Source: Mytilus trossulus (Eukaryota). Taken from it: a DNA stretch of 64,000 nucleotides. Position 1 is the first letter of the stretch, and every line of letters starts with the position of its first letter. The DNA lies in contig NC_086384.1 in the NCBI RefSeq assembly GCF_036588685.1, positions 53,816,001-53,880,000 of the forward strand. Reading direction: 5' to 3'. A program made the translations under genes and the position numbers. The notes under the pieces were generated by a model, which had not been told where the DNA came from, made no database searches, and saw only the letters and a program-made list of their open reading frames with translations. Shown one piece after another: positions 50,301 through 64,000 of the stretch.

Positions 50301-53300
50301 AAAACAAACAACCTTTCAAATAAAAAAAAATGAATTAAGATTAAAACATGAAATATATGTTATTGCTTTGAAAGTGGTCTTTTCTAAATTATATGCAGCA
50401 TGTGAATTGATATTAGTTTTAATCTATCTTATATATATGACGTCTAATACCACTTAACTGTATTTTATTTCCGCTAATATTCTTTGCAACTTTATGAATT
50501 TTTTATTACTTGCAGCTGATTCTCCTGAAAAAATGTATACAGCTTTTTTGATCTTTTAAATTCTAAAGAATTTTGTTGATCAATCAGAAATATTTTTTCT
50601 TTGAAATTGACTGAAAAACAAGTTATGACTCAAGCAAACATTTTAGATTAATATTGAAGCAAACATACTAGATGTATTTTGTATATTATGATATATACAC
50701 GCATGTTTATGAAGAGAAGAATAACATACACAGATGTATTTTCATGCGAATCAGTGCTTGGTGTCATTTTGGTTTGTGGTGTACCAATGTCCGGTGACGT
50801 CACTCTGTGTGCTGTGTAGATGCATTTCTGTTTGTATAACTTGATAATTTAAGCCTTTATCAACTGATTTTTATAGTTCGTTAGTTTTTTCGTTTGAATA
50901 AATTTTCATTTGTCACATCTGAGTTTTTCATAATTTTCTATGCAATATAGGCTTAGCTCATTATTAAAGGCCAGTGACTAATAGAAGGTGTCTTTTTTCA
51001 CATTGGCAATCATATCTTTTTCATATTAATATTATAATGTCAATCTTTTAAAACAAAAACAAAAAATCAGACATTGTTTTTTTTTCAATTATGGATATCA
51101 AAATGAAGTTTTGTTTTAGATGTGTGTCGTGTACGTACATATTTTAATGTTTACCTTTGTAATCTGTTTATATTAACTCTTAAAATCGAAATAGTTTTGA
51201 GAAAATATTTGAAGATTAAGATACAAAAGTCAGCACTTTATATTGATAAAATCATTCTAATTGTTTTCCGGAAATTAAGTTTAATTTTCTAGTAACAAAA
51301 TATCCAATGAAAAGAATTTCACTACCGAATAGAAAATAGTCCTCATAAAATCAGTATTCATCACGTCTGTGGTGACATGAGTTAACATTGATATCGTCAT
51401 GATATAAATAACTCTTTACAAAATTTGTATTCTTGTATCTCAGCAATTTATGATAAAAACATTTCGGAATTTCGATGTATTCAATGTTCTTAACCCTCTT
51501 TCGTAATTTTGTCCCTTAAAACTTAAATGACTCGAACGTCATTATCAAGTTTTCGCTGACGAAACGCTTCGGACGGACAAAATTGTAATCCTTGTATCTA
51601 TTTTTGATAGACGATACTCTGATCTGAAATCGAAATATGGTGCCACTTTCTTCGTTAAAACCATTCATCTCCGCCGTCGTTTACGATACAACTGACGTTG
51701 TACGCTTACAGTTAGTAATCCGTGATTTCTTGCAACAGCTTGTTTTATTTAGAGAAAATATAGTTTTTTATTACTTTTATGATTTTAAATTTCAAAAAGG
51801 GAAATAAACAGTACACATTATAATATGAATTTGTTGACCATTTTCGTTCTTCCAATAGCAGTTATGAGTTAATTGTATACCTTCGAACTGAAATTGTATT
51901 TTGCCTTTCTCGTGAAAACGGACTTATATGTGCAATAATCAAAAGAAATCAGTTATGAATTGTGTAAACCCATACAGAAAGGTTAGTAATATTTCGTTTG
52001 CAATTAAATTCAATTTGAGATAGAAAAATGGTCCAGAGCATATTTTAAACCTTTAAATTTAATTCTTAAACTGACGAAATTTCAGTCAGAAAAATTATTA
52101 TTTTTATAAGAAGAATGTTATGTTAAAGGCATACTTTTGCCGAAGACTATATTTGCTTCTAAATGTCTGTTGTTAATCTATGATGATAGGTACTGTCTAA
52201 TTGACAATTATGCCACATTTCCTTTTCTTGTTATTATTATCATTTGATTGAAATTACATTAACGGTACTGCATCAGATGCACATTTCGACTACTGATGTC
52301 TCTTAAATGATGCTGGAGGTAAAAAGTAACGAATTTACTATTGCCATTACTAATTAAATCATCTTCTAATATGTTATATATCAGTGTCCAGTATTCGAAA
52401 GAGTAGTTTTGATAGGTATTTTATTATCTTTACCACGCTTGATACGCCTCTTATATTAAATACTGGGCTGAATATCTCTCTTTCATCATACGGGTATCTT
52501 AGTCAATCGAATTATCATTATACAGGTTATGCAATATTTCATGTTTGCAGTGTTCATAAAATTCAACTAAAGGAAAATAACGATTGAAATGAACAAAGGA
52601 ATTCATCGAAAACATCAGTAGCACTTAATATTTTTGAAGTCCCTAACTTTTAAATTAGACAATATCTACACGACAAGCTAGATTTTTAGTGATTTTATGT
52701 CATACTTAAACCATCCAACTAATTGAAGTTGCATATAAATGAAATAGTATAGTTCGATTTATGCTAACAGACAGGAAGATAAGGCACTGTATTCGATATA
52801 ATGAAATAGAACCGAAAAAATAATTAAGACTATAGTCTATATCACTTATCTGGCCGTACTTTAACCTATAATGGTTTACTTTTTAAATTGTTATTTGGAT
52901 GGCGAGTTGTCTTATTGGCACTCACACCACATCTTCCTATATATTTTTATAGCTTAAACTCTATTTATTCTTTATGCACTCAATCAACGCAATAACTGTT
53001 TAGCGCTGCCCTTTCAGAACTCTTCTGATTTTTTTTATTTCTTTTGATCTGTTGTATATTTTTTGTTTAATTAGATACAAATCCCGTCGCTGTACACATG
53101 GACGCTTTACAAAAAAAAGTTCTAAGTTGTGAAATCACCCCTTAATCAATTTGACGGACGCCATCACGAGTTGGATAACCATAACAAAAGTTCTGTTTTA
53201 CTGATGACGACGAATATGTTCCATTTGTCCTGTCCTCTTGTCCCCGAATGTGACCTACCAAATTAGACTTATCATCGGATTTGTAATTACGTGAGTAGCA

Positions 53301-53535
53301 ATCCGGATACCGCATATGGAGCATTAGGAAAGACAACAACAGTTTATCCTCTCGGGCATCTCAGACTATCCCTGATTTTTTGCTCAGTCTTCAATTTTTC
53401 ACGTTGAGATTATTTGGATTTTCTTTTTGCTTTCATGACGTTTTCAGTTATCAAAAAGTGGGTACATCGACATGATTAAACAGGATATCCCCCTGATATG
53501 CATGTATCACCTACGTAAATGTTATATTATATATT
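50301..53535 (+). repeat. Local segmental duplication, copy 2
   Basis: See copy 1; carries a single 34-bp unit at ~50772-50805. Confidence 0.85.
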
Positions 53536-56500
53536 ATTTTCAATATATTACCGACTTTTGACTCCGTATATTATATTTCTGCACAGGTTACCTTCTCTCT
53601 GGTAGGACATCATGTAATTTGGTCAACCATGATTAATGTTATGCAGTAAAAGGATGATAATTTGAGGAATTTGAATGTTTTATGTTTTCATTATTAGACA
53701 AAATAATTGATTAACAGTACCCACAGAGCTTATTTATTAAGGGTTATTCTATTCACTTTCTAATCAAAATGAAATATAAAGTGCAATTCTATTTTACGTA
53801 TACATTTAGATTTCCACAATATTATTTATCAAGTGAGCGTATGTTTTTATTTTAACTAGATCCCTTTTCAACGAGGAGTATCAAGCTATTATCGTAGTGA
53901 ACTTGAAAGCTATGTTCATTCGTGCGCATGGGAAGGTACACAAAAGGAATATTTAACCGATGCACTTTATAATTTCTTGTTTAAGATTGAAAAATTTGCA
54001 CTTAAAAATCTTGTTTTTTTAATCTTATCTTGCATGTACATATTGTATGTCATTAGTAAAAAAATATTTGCTGTATTTGTTACAAATTTAAATACCATTT
54101 TTTCAAAGAAAATAGAACTAATACGGAAGAATGTTTACACTCATAAAGATTTGATTCAGTACGATTTGAATTGAAAAAAGGAAAGTATATAATTTAATGA
54201 ATTTATTAAAACAATCGATAATAGACAATAATCTAAACACGCACATTAATGGATAAAGAATTTAAGGGTAAGGTACATCTGACTGAAATTGATAAAATTG
54301 TTGTTGTTTGCTTAAGTTAATTGAAAAACGAATTCCATATTAAATCAATTTAGGTCTAATAGGTTCTGTATTATTGGTCTATCGGAATGAGTGGCAGACC
54401 TTTCGGAGGTTAACGTCACTCAGGGTGAGGTTGAAATTGTTGACTTGTTATATGTCGTCTTCGGGTCCCTCTGAGTTAGTGTTCAGTTTCTTGTCCATAA
54501 CAAGACATCATAATTTAATTGCCTCATGTTGACAAGAGTTTACATTGTATGTAAGTTTATCCATGGTCTTGATTGAGGAAGGATATGGTTTTGGTCATTA
54601 TTTTCCTTGATATTCTGAGGTATACTTTTTAGAGCATTGTCATCTTTTCAGTCCAACACATTTAGACCCTTTCAAACAAATTTGCTTCTTAGAATAAGTC
54701 CATTTTGTGCGGCTGTTCGATATTCATTTCAGTGATAAGTATCAAAAATATCTTCTCGAAATTAAAGACATTGGATCTATGCTGTCATGTTATGTAGTTG
54801 AAAGTAAAGCAGTAATAGACATCTTATTATTGATTTTTCTAACCATAAACATTTGTGAAACCACCTCCAAATGAACTCAAAATGCAGAAACCAGGCTATA
54901 ACAAAATCATTTTTTGTATTTGCCTTTTTTCGTTTTTTTATCGCCTTTACGTTTGCTGATCTTTTTTTTCCGTGAAGTGGTATATTGGTTTATGATCATG
55001 ATGATAGAAATACCCAAAATAATATATGTTGTTATCGTTATCATCAAATACTAAACAAAAACCATTCTTTTCCTTATGAATGGGGTAGATCTAATGATTT
55101 TCTAACAAAAAAGAAATATAAAGTATGATAAACTTTATGAATTCAAATTTTGATTTTTTACAACATTTCTCATTTCTCATTTCAACCTTGGTTATTGTCG
55201 AGGTTCATTTCCTTATTCCTTGAAACTTTTGGTTAGTTGACATAAGCTAAAACCGCTAGTGAGAGGCGAATGGTATATGGTATGCATGTTTGTTATAATT
55301 TGTACATCGTGTTTCAATTTAGATTTTCCCATTTCCTAAATGATAGTCTTTTGACTTTGAAACATTTGATAGACTTGAACGTGTTATTTAAAGGCGAAAG
55401 ATTCCAGAGGAACATTCAAACTCATAAATCGAAAATACACTGACAACGCCATAGCTAAAAAAACCAAGACTTTGTCCGTGGTACACGGATGTACAAATCG
55501 TACTTCAGTAGCCTGGCAATTTTGGTAAAAACTCTAACTTGACATTAAAATGGGAAAGATCATAGTAAGGGGATCATGTTAACTAAATTTCAAGTTAATT
55601 GGACTACAACTCTATCAAAAACTACCTTCATCAAAAACTTTTAACCGAAGAGGGACCAACAGACAGATGAACGAACGAACGGACGAACAGACGGACGAAC
55701 GAACAAACGGACGCACCTAACATAAGTTGGGCGTACAAAAGACAAACAGACAAACAGAAAAACAAAAAAAACAGGAAACAATAGTAGACAAACACAACAT
55801 AGAAAACTAAAGAATAAGCAACCCGAACTCTACCAAACACTGGATGTGATCTCAATGCTCTTGACGGCTAAGTATTTAAAACTAACGTGTGGTTGTGTAC
55901 GTTAAGCGAGATCACTAGTGGTAGGCCAAGGATGGTTTAAAGGGATCACATCTAATAGGTCAATGGTCTTTGGAATGTAGGTATCCAAGCATTAAAAATT
56001 CTTCTGTCAATGCAGTTTTTTTGTCCTGCACCTTCAGACATGGTCCACTGGCTAAATATTTTGCATATTTTTTTACTGTTTAATATTGCCATTCTTATTT
56101 CAACATTTACATCATACAATATTGTAACATAACGGCGTGATATTTATTGGTGTCAACACTTTTTTACAGTTCAGCATGGGTAAATAAAACACATTTTGAA
56201 CCGATGTACTTTATAATGTATTTGTTTAGACGATAATATTTGCACAATGAAATCTTGTTTTGTTTAAAATCTTATCTTGTATGATGTTGAGTTGAGATTA
56301 GTAAAACTTTGTTTTCCATTATTTGTTCCAATGTTAAAACCAATTTTAAAATACATTGAAAGAGATATTGATTGATATAAACATAAAAAGAAAACATTCA
56401 TTGCAATTTGAATTAAAAATGTATAGATAATATTAATGAATTTGTTTCAACAAGTCAATCAAAGACAAAAATCTGAACACGCATATTAAAGGAATAGCAA

Positions 56501-56995
56501 AAAAGATAAAATAACCAAGGGTAAGGTTAATGTTAATACAAATGATTACATTGTTGTTGTTTACTGCAGTTTACAACTATAAGGGGTGTTTATCAACCTT
56601 GACAACCCACGAGAGTATCGAACAGTCAGATTTCATGCACTAAGGTTAGTAAAAAACATTTCAAGCATTTTCAAAACAAATTAAACAATGTAAAAATCAT
56701 GAGGTTAAAAATATTGTAAAATAGATCGGCCGGCAGGAACTACAACAAGAACAAGCAACTGGTAATGACAGGAAGAAAAAGCATTCTGGGAAGGAAAATC
56801 ATTTTCTCATTGCTTTATGTCGCACACAAACTCTTTAAAGTGAAATATTTCTTACGTGCAGAGAACGTGATGCTATATAAGAGAACATAATTCAATATCA
56901 AGCATAGAGTTGACCGGAAATGGCCATGAAAGTCACTCCCAAACAAGACAAATTTCTGTGGGAAGCCAAGATTTATATTGTCTTTCGAATACACA

Positions 56996-57700
56996 TTTAT
57001 TGTCGAGCCTGCAACTTTTGTTGCAGAAAGAATGACATAGGGATAGTGATCCGGCGGCGGTGTTAGCTCACTTCTTATAAGGTTTATATTTTAGAAAGTG
57101 AAAGACCTGGATGCTTTATACTTTGTATATAGATGCCTCATGTTACGAACTTTCCGTCAGTCACATGTCCAATGTCCTTGACTTCATTTTCATGGTTTAG
57201 TGACCACTTGAAAAAAAAGTTCAGAATTTTTTTAATGTTGAATTCTCTCTTATTATAAGTAATATGATTACTATATTTGGTATGTGTGTACCTTGCAAGG
57301 TCCTCATGCCCGTCGGACAGTTTCCACTTGACCTCGATCTCATTACATGGATCAGTGAACAAGGTTAAAATTTGGTGGTCAAGTCCATATCTGAGATACT
57401 AAAAGCAATAGGGCTAGTATAATTGCTTATAGTTAAATTTTGGTGTTTTGGTCTATTTTTGTCATACTTTATGCAATAGGTCTACTATATTTGTTGTATG
57501 GAAGAATTGTTAGCTGTACATGTCTGCCTGGCATTGTTAATCTGACTTTGACCTCATTTTCATGGTTCATTGCTCTTTGTTTAGCTATCTTGGTTAATGC
57601 TAAGTTTATGTTACAGTTGTAATAAAGCTTTAGGACTATCAACGTAATATCAATGGTTAGTGAGGAAGGCGAGACATTTCAGTGTGTGTACTCTTGTTTT
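56996..57700. mobile_element. Helentron/HINE-like element, second family
   Basis: Terminal palindrome TGCAAC-TTTT-GTTGCA, GGC microsatellite, internal TTGACCTCATTTTCATGG repeats, end ACTCTTGTTTT. Confidence 0.6.
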
Positions 57701-59419
57701 TATTTCGATACAATATTTGATACTAACACGTGTAAGTCTGAGTTATTTAACATAATGCCATTAAGATCAACGACATTATTTTGATCTTATACTTTTCTGA
57801 ACAATCGTAAAGTATAAGTTTTGAAATAGCATCCTCAATACCCAACCTCTTGAAGGATTTAACAATTTGAAGATTGTAAACCTACGATTGGAACAAATAC
57901 ATGGGAAATGCACTCTACTCTTCGAAAATCGAATTATTATAAGTATGCAGTTTGGTAACTTTATGTAATGAAGTAGAAATAAGTCAGTAATCGTTCATGT
58001 CTATAGTTTTGTTAGTCTTATGTTTTTTTGTTTTATTCCAATCTTGGTTTATTTGGATGTTTCGTTGTTTACGGGGGCGTACATTTGGCCGAAGTAGTAT
58101 ACGTTGATGTTTTGCGACCAGCAGGAGCCAGCCTCTGTGTGTGTGATTTTTTCGCTGCATGGAAATCCCATTGGATGCCATGAGATGTTTTCTGCTCTTT
58201 GGTAGGGTTGTTGTCTCTTTGACACATTCCCAATCTTGTCTTTTCCTGTCAGACTTGACAATTTTAGAATATTTACTCTGTGTAACAAAGACAAGAGAAT
58301 TAGACTTTACTTTAGAAAAAAAAAGATTATTATAAGTTTGCAGTGCAGCAACTGTATAAAAAAAGAAACATATATTTCAGTTTAAAATATCATTAAGATG
58401 GCTGAACATAAAATTAATAATGGAAATGGGGAATGTGTCGAGGGGACAACAACACAACCAAAGAGCAGATAACATTGAAAGGCCACTAATAGGTCTGCAA
58501 TGCAGCGAAAAAAATTCCGCACCCGTAGGCGAGCTTTCTCGGAGACAAACATGTATACTAGATCAGTGAAAATGGACCTCATACTGAAAAACTTCCAACT
58601 TAATCATTCTATTATACTACAACATATAGATAATAGTGATCAAAGTTATCAGGATTATAATTTAATACGCAAAACGCGCGTGTCGTCTACACACGACTCA
58701 TCAGTGACGCTCAGATAATTAATGGCATCAGTTACACATTGAAGTAATATAACGATTGACCGGGTGTGTTGCTGTATACAAAAAACATATTAACATTATT
58801 AGGCAACTTCACGTTTCCGTATTTTGTATTGATAACATGGTAGTACATTAACGTCAACATGTCAACAAAAAACCAAGCTATCATTTTCCAGTCAATATGA
58901 TTTTATAACTATATTTTTTTTCAGTTTTTATGTCAGATTCATATTTAAAAAAAAAACCACTAATGCACTCTGTTATTATCTTTCGGAGAGAAAAAGGTAG
59001 ACCAAAGGATGACACTTCTAACGAGAACAAAATCAATAATCTTTTTTTAAATCAAATTTCTTGAAGTATTGAATCCTTTTGTACTTTTTTTTTAGAAGAA
59101 ACAATGCCTTTTTAGTACTTAACTACAAAGAGTTTATTGATAAAATGAAGCTTTCATTAACATTTACTTTTATTTCGCATTTATTTCCTGATATTTGATA
59201 GTAGGATGGGAGCTTTATTACATTGTGTACAAATGTTATGACGCATTAGTATTTAAACTATGATATAATATGTAAAGGAAACGGTAAAATTGACCATTTT
59301 CATGCATTTAAAATAAAATCAAGCGTACAATAAGTGCAATTCTGTCAAAGACTTTTTAATTTTGAAATACATTTATTGAAAATCACATAAATATATTTAG
59401 TTTAAACATATTTATGTAT

Positions 59420-59748
59420 AGTGGATTGGGAAACAAGTTTTGCAACTTATATTAATCCCTTTCCACGGGTGGGTGCGATTGCTGTCTTGTACCGGCATTT
59501 TAGATTGCTCTTTTTTGAAATCTACAAGGGTGTCTTTAACGTGCAATATATATGGCTCTCTCTTAACACGAGCCATATATTTATCGTCTCCTTCCTACGG
59601 ATTATCATCGTTTTCTCAAGACTATACTAGTAAATGGTGTCAAGGGAGAGCCGAAAATTCATTCCCTGAAATTTTCATCCCTGACAGGGAATCGAACCAG
59701 GAACCTTTGTGTTAGTAATCCGATACACAAACAACTACACCATTGTTC
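59420..59748 (-). mobile_element. tRNA-derived SINE
   Basis: Minus strand TGGTGTAGTTG (A box) ... GGTTCGATTCC (B box) followed by a non-tRNA body. Confidence 0.72.
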
Positions 59749-60329
59749 TCATGAATATGCAAGAACAGACATATAATTAACCTTGTATAAAGCAGGACAG
59801 TAAACACAAGGGGCGAAGTCAAAGATTACCTGCTTCATATTTTCTATACTCGACAAAATCATGGTAGCAGTATATTTGAAATTATTAGAATACTTCTAAT
59901 ATGAAACTTGGTTATCTAAATAAAAACAATCAATTGGTCAAGTCAACGTAAGTAGTATCAACTTTCGACATAATGCTTGTATCACATTATTAATATTCGG
60001 TATCGGTGTTGAGGGTACATCCTCATAACCATCTACCGTGGAATTTAAAATTACTTTGTAAATATTCCTTCGAGGTCTTTGGTTACTGTCGGACTATTAT
60101 GGTCTTTCTCCGTGTTATTGATATTAAAAAAAACCATAGTAATTGAAACAGTTGCAGAGCCTATCGTAACATTCTATTCCTTGCATTTAAATCAAGAATA
60201 TGCGGCTGAAAATACTTCAATTGTGAAGCAAACAAAAAATATCTTATCTAACAAACACGTGATCAAATACAAGGTAAAGTTCGCAATAAAACTGAAGTGG
60301 ATTTTAATAACGATAAAAATATAATGTAC

Positions 60330-63015
60330 TTTCGATTCTACATAAAAAATTTAAAAAAAAATCAAAATCAAAAGAATATTAATGGAAACTTTTTGTTCTT
60401 TTTATCTAAACATAGACTTCAATATTTTTTATTCAAATGTTTTATTATAGAAACACCAATAACAGACCGTTTGACGTAAATAGTATTTCATTTGCATTCA
60501 CATGTTTTCAATGTATTTGTTGTATTTTTTTTAATTTACCATTGATAAATGCCCTATTGTTGAAATAAACGATCAATTTCTAATAAAGAGAGTTGCACAG
60601 GTTATTAAACCCATTTTTGTTTATTAGGAATACAAATCAATGTAAGCACTAAAGAGAAGGATGTTACAAGCATGTTGATGACACAGCTTTGATAATCGGT
60701 ATAAAGTTTTATGCCAGTTGAAAGGTATTCCGGGATAGTGAAGGTGGAAAACATTTTATCGAGATCACGTAGCATTTTGCTGGGCATCTGCAACGTTGTC
60801 TCGTCGTCGAATTGAGCAAATTAATTGAAATCAAAGCTCTATTTAATGATATTCGACAAAATTAAAAAAAAAAATTAAAAAATGAGTCATTTTGCTCGGC
60901 TTCCGCAATGTTTTTTTTTCTCTATAAGCGTCGAATTAATCAAACCAGGAATAAAGAGATATTAAGATATGCTGTTCCTAGACTAGGCTAATGGAAATTA
61001 ATGAAACGGAGTTAAGTATAAGTATATTAAACCACTTTTCTATTTTGACAACAACAAAAAATCTATAATCAAAAATAGACTTCAATTTCATTTTTTTTAG
61101 TTAGTTGTGATTAAAAACATATTTGCTTGCTTATGTTTTCATTTTTTTTAATCTTTTTTTGTATATCCTTTATACTGGTCATTTTATTGCCAAAAACTAT
61201 GGTTTATCACATTGCATCTTTCTATGCACACGTATCTATTAAGTCTTTTGCAACGTCGAATTTAGCAAATATTCGAATAAAATTAATATATTTGGTGATA
61301 TTCGACAACTTTTCTTTTTTACCATAAAAGTTAAAAACATTTCAGTGGAATAATTTTTACTATGTTTTTTCAATTTTCAAAAGAGACTTCGAATTCATTG
61401 TTTTTTTTATTCTAAAAATGATTTACTATATAAAAGGTAACAACATGTCTTTTCCCATTTGCATTCTTATGTTTTCAATTTCTTTTTGATATCCTTTATC
61501 ATCAGGGTCATATTGTTAATAAAAACGATCATTTTTAAATAAAAAGAGCGGCAAAAGTTTTTTTTTAACTCGTTTTCATCAATTATGCAAACACATTAAT
61601 TAAGAAGGTCATAGCACAACAAAGCAGAATGTTACAAACTTGTAGATGACAGAGTTTTGATCATGATCGTTATTGTGTTTTCCCCCTGCTGAAAGCAAAT
61701 ACGTGAGTTCCGGGTACGTTACAATAACTATTTCAGCGTCAAGGTTGACCTCGTATTATATATATCACATGTGATCTTTGTTAACGTGGAATATAATAAA
61801 ATATTGGAAATTAATAATCCGTTTTATCATAGTAGACCACTTTTACATTAGAAAATGCCTGTACCAAGTCAGGAATATGACAGTTGTTATCCATTCGTTT
61901 GATGTGTTTGGACTTCTGATTTTGCCTTTTGATTTTTGATTTTCCTTTTTAAATTTTCCTCGGAGTTCGGTATTTTTGTGTTTTTACTTTTTTCTTTTTT
62001 TCCCATAAAAGTCAGAAGAATATTAAGGAAACATTTTTACTTTTCAAAAAAGATTTCGATTTTTTTAAACTTTTTTTTTATTTAAATGAGTTGTTATGTA
62101 AAAGCCAATTAAATGTCTTTTCTCATTCGCATTCTCAAGTTTTCAATTTCTTTTATCTCTTTCATTTTTATCATCATTTATAGGTCATATTGTTGATTAA
62201 TTATTGTGGATAAAAACAATAGTTTTTAAATAAAAAGAGTGGCATAAGTTATTTAACACGTTTTCATCAATTATGAAATCACATCAATTTAGTAGGTTAT
62301 AGCACATACAAATTAATTTTACAAACTTGTTGATGACAGATCTATGAGCATGTACGTTATTGCAGTTTAATTTCTGTTGAAATGGAATACGGGAGTTCCG
62401 GGTACATTATAGTAGCTATTTTAACGATAGGGTTGAAAACGTGTTATGGATATCACATGACATCTTTCTATGCACAAGTATCTTTTAAGTTTTTCTCAAC
62501 GTAGAAGTTAGCAAATATTTGAAAAATATAAATATATCTTGTGATAGTCGACCACTCTTCTTTTTTTACCATAAAAGTCGGAAGAATTCCAATGGAACCA
62601 TTTTTTACTTTTTTTTTTTTGAATTTTCAAAAAAGACTTCGAATTCATTGTGTTTTTTTTTTTAAATTTAAATGATTTGTTATTTAAAAAGCAACACCAT
62701 GTCTTGCCTCGTTTGCACTCTCATGTTTTCAATTTCTTTAATCTCTTAATTTATATCCTTTATTGTCAGGGTCATATTGGTGATTAAAATGATTATTTCT
62801 AAATAAAGAGAGTGGCATAAATCATTTAACACGTTTTTGTCAATTATGAAATGACACAAGTAAGTTATAGCAAATAAAGACGAAAGTTACAAAATTGTTG
62901 ATGCCAGACATTTGTTCTGTTGAAAGTAAAAATGTGAGTTGTGGGTCAGTTATAGTAGCTATTTCAACGATATGTTTAAAAACGTGTTACTGAGATCTTG
63001 ACTTTATATGCATAC
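60330..63015 (+). repeat. Diverged tandem repeat of about 0.6-0.9 kb, about 4 copies
   Basis: Recurring AGACTTCGAATTCATT, TGTCTTT..CATTTGCATTC, AAAAGAGTGGCA, TTACAAACTTGTTGATGACAGA blocks near 60590, 61545, 62235, 62810. Confidence 0.7.
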
Positions 63016-63017
63016 GC

Positions 63018-63196
63018 TAGCCAGTCAACACTGAGGTTCTGAGTTCGAACACTGAACAGGGACAGGTTCACTTGATTCAAATCCTTATTGACTATGATTG
63101 TTAGTCTTTCTATCGAAGGTTGGTGGTTTTATCCGGCCATTCCGGTTTCCTTCACAATAGTGATGTAAGTGGCATTAAACAGTCAATCAATCAATC
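63018..63196 (+). mobile_element. Degenerate tRNA-derived SINE with V-domain-like core and (CAAT)n tail
   Basis: GAGTTCGAAC B box, GGTTTTATCCGGCCATTCCGGTTTCCTTC core, TCAATCAATCAATC tail. Confidence 0.65.
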
Positions 63197-64000
63197 TATG
63201 CAAACGTATCTTCAAGTCTTATTAAAGGCGAATAAGCATAAATAAATTATTATCACGGATTACCACTTAGGGGACGACCATTTGGTATTCGGGGGGGGGG
63301 GGGGATTTGTTTTTGATCGGTTATTTATTATTCCTTTTCTTCACTATTGAAGCAAGATTTCTCATTTTCATTAAAGCAAGGGACTGATTATTCATTGTCA
63401 CAACTATATTTATGATATTCGAAAACATACAATTTTAAAAATATTTGTTAATTATGAATAATACATGTACAGTACAGTTATTGTGTATCATTTAATCAAA
63501 ATTAGTCATTATCCCCTACAAAAATTTTAAGATTCAAGATTTTATTCATAACCTCAGACACAAACTTGTGTACAAAAGGACAATATGTACAAACATATTA
63601 AGATAATACATATAACGAGACAGGACAAACGAAACACAAATATATAACATATTATAAAAGACAATTGGTATAATTAGATTAAGTATATTATATTTTTCCT
63701 TCGAAAAGAATCATTTATATACCCAAGGAATTGTATATTTAAATATATAATTTCCTTGATATACCCAACCAATATACATGAATTGCAGATATACAATGTA
63801 CATAGTATTTAAGTTTGGTTCTACGCAGCCTTTTTCAAAGTATTGTCAAACATATTTCGGCGAGCGAAGCGAGGCAAAATTTTTTTTGAAGGGTTTTGGA
63901 ATCGCTGAAGGCCCAAGAAGCTAAAGACCTGCTGAGTTATTTATTTTCCATACATTCAAAGTCAGGTAATTTATTTTCAAACTACCAAAGAACAAACCAT

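Noticed and set aside
54350-54800. Slightly GC-richer stretch that might be a decayed retroelement coding region
   Set aside because: No recognisable motif in the frames I could read; stops throughout
53950-56570. Diverged duplicate pair (about 53950-54330 and 56200-56570)
   Set aside because: Similarity is visible but AT-rich and non-coding; nothing further can be supported
59660-59748. Possible tRNA gene
   Set aside because: A and B boxes present but no complete cloverleaf or acceptor stem; continues into a SINE body
63540-63860. Possible LINE 3' end on the minus strand
   Set aside because: Only a tail-like pattern; no reliable protein motif

Overview
AT-rich eukaryotic genomic DNA, most likely from a bivalve mollusc (Mytilus-like, inferred from its repeat families). 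Bases 1282-24109 hold 12 coding exons of an ACK1/TNK2 non-receptor tyrosine kinase gene on the + strand (SAM, kinase, SH3, CRIB, MIG6-homology, UBA). Its first coding exon lies upstream of the window. Two tandem paralogous 3-exon genes (32740-38217 and 41117-44385, +) encode probably secreted LamG/ConA-like plus PAN/apple proteins. The rest is MITEs, Helentron/HINE-like elements, SINEs, LINE and Penelope-like RT fragments, satellites and local duplications. Two signals stand out. (1) Satellites built from the ACK gene's own splice junctions: about 54 tandem copies of the acceptor plus exon start in front of the catalytic-loop exon, a second acceptor array and an exon-derived 28-bp satellite at the SAM exon, and a triplicated donor at the SH3 exon. 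(2) Two families of about 350-bp tandem type I hammerhead-ribozyme repeats (non-LTR retrozymes) on the minus strand. All coordinates were read by eye. Exon borders were checked for GT-AG and reading frame; repeat borders are approximate.
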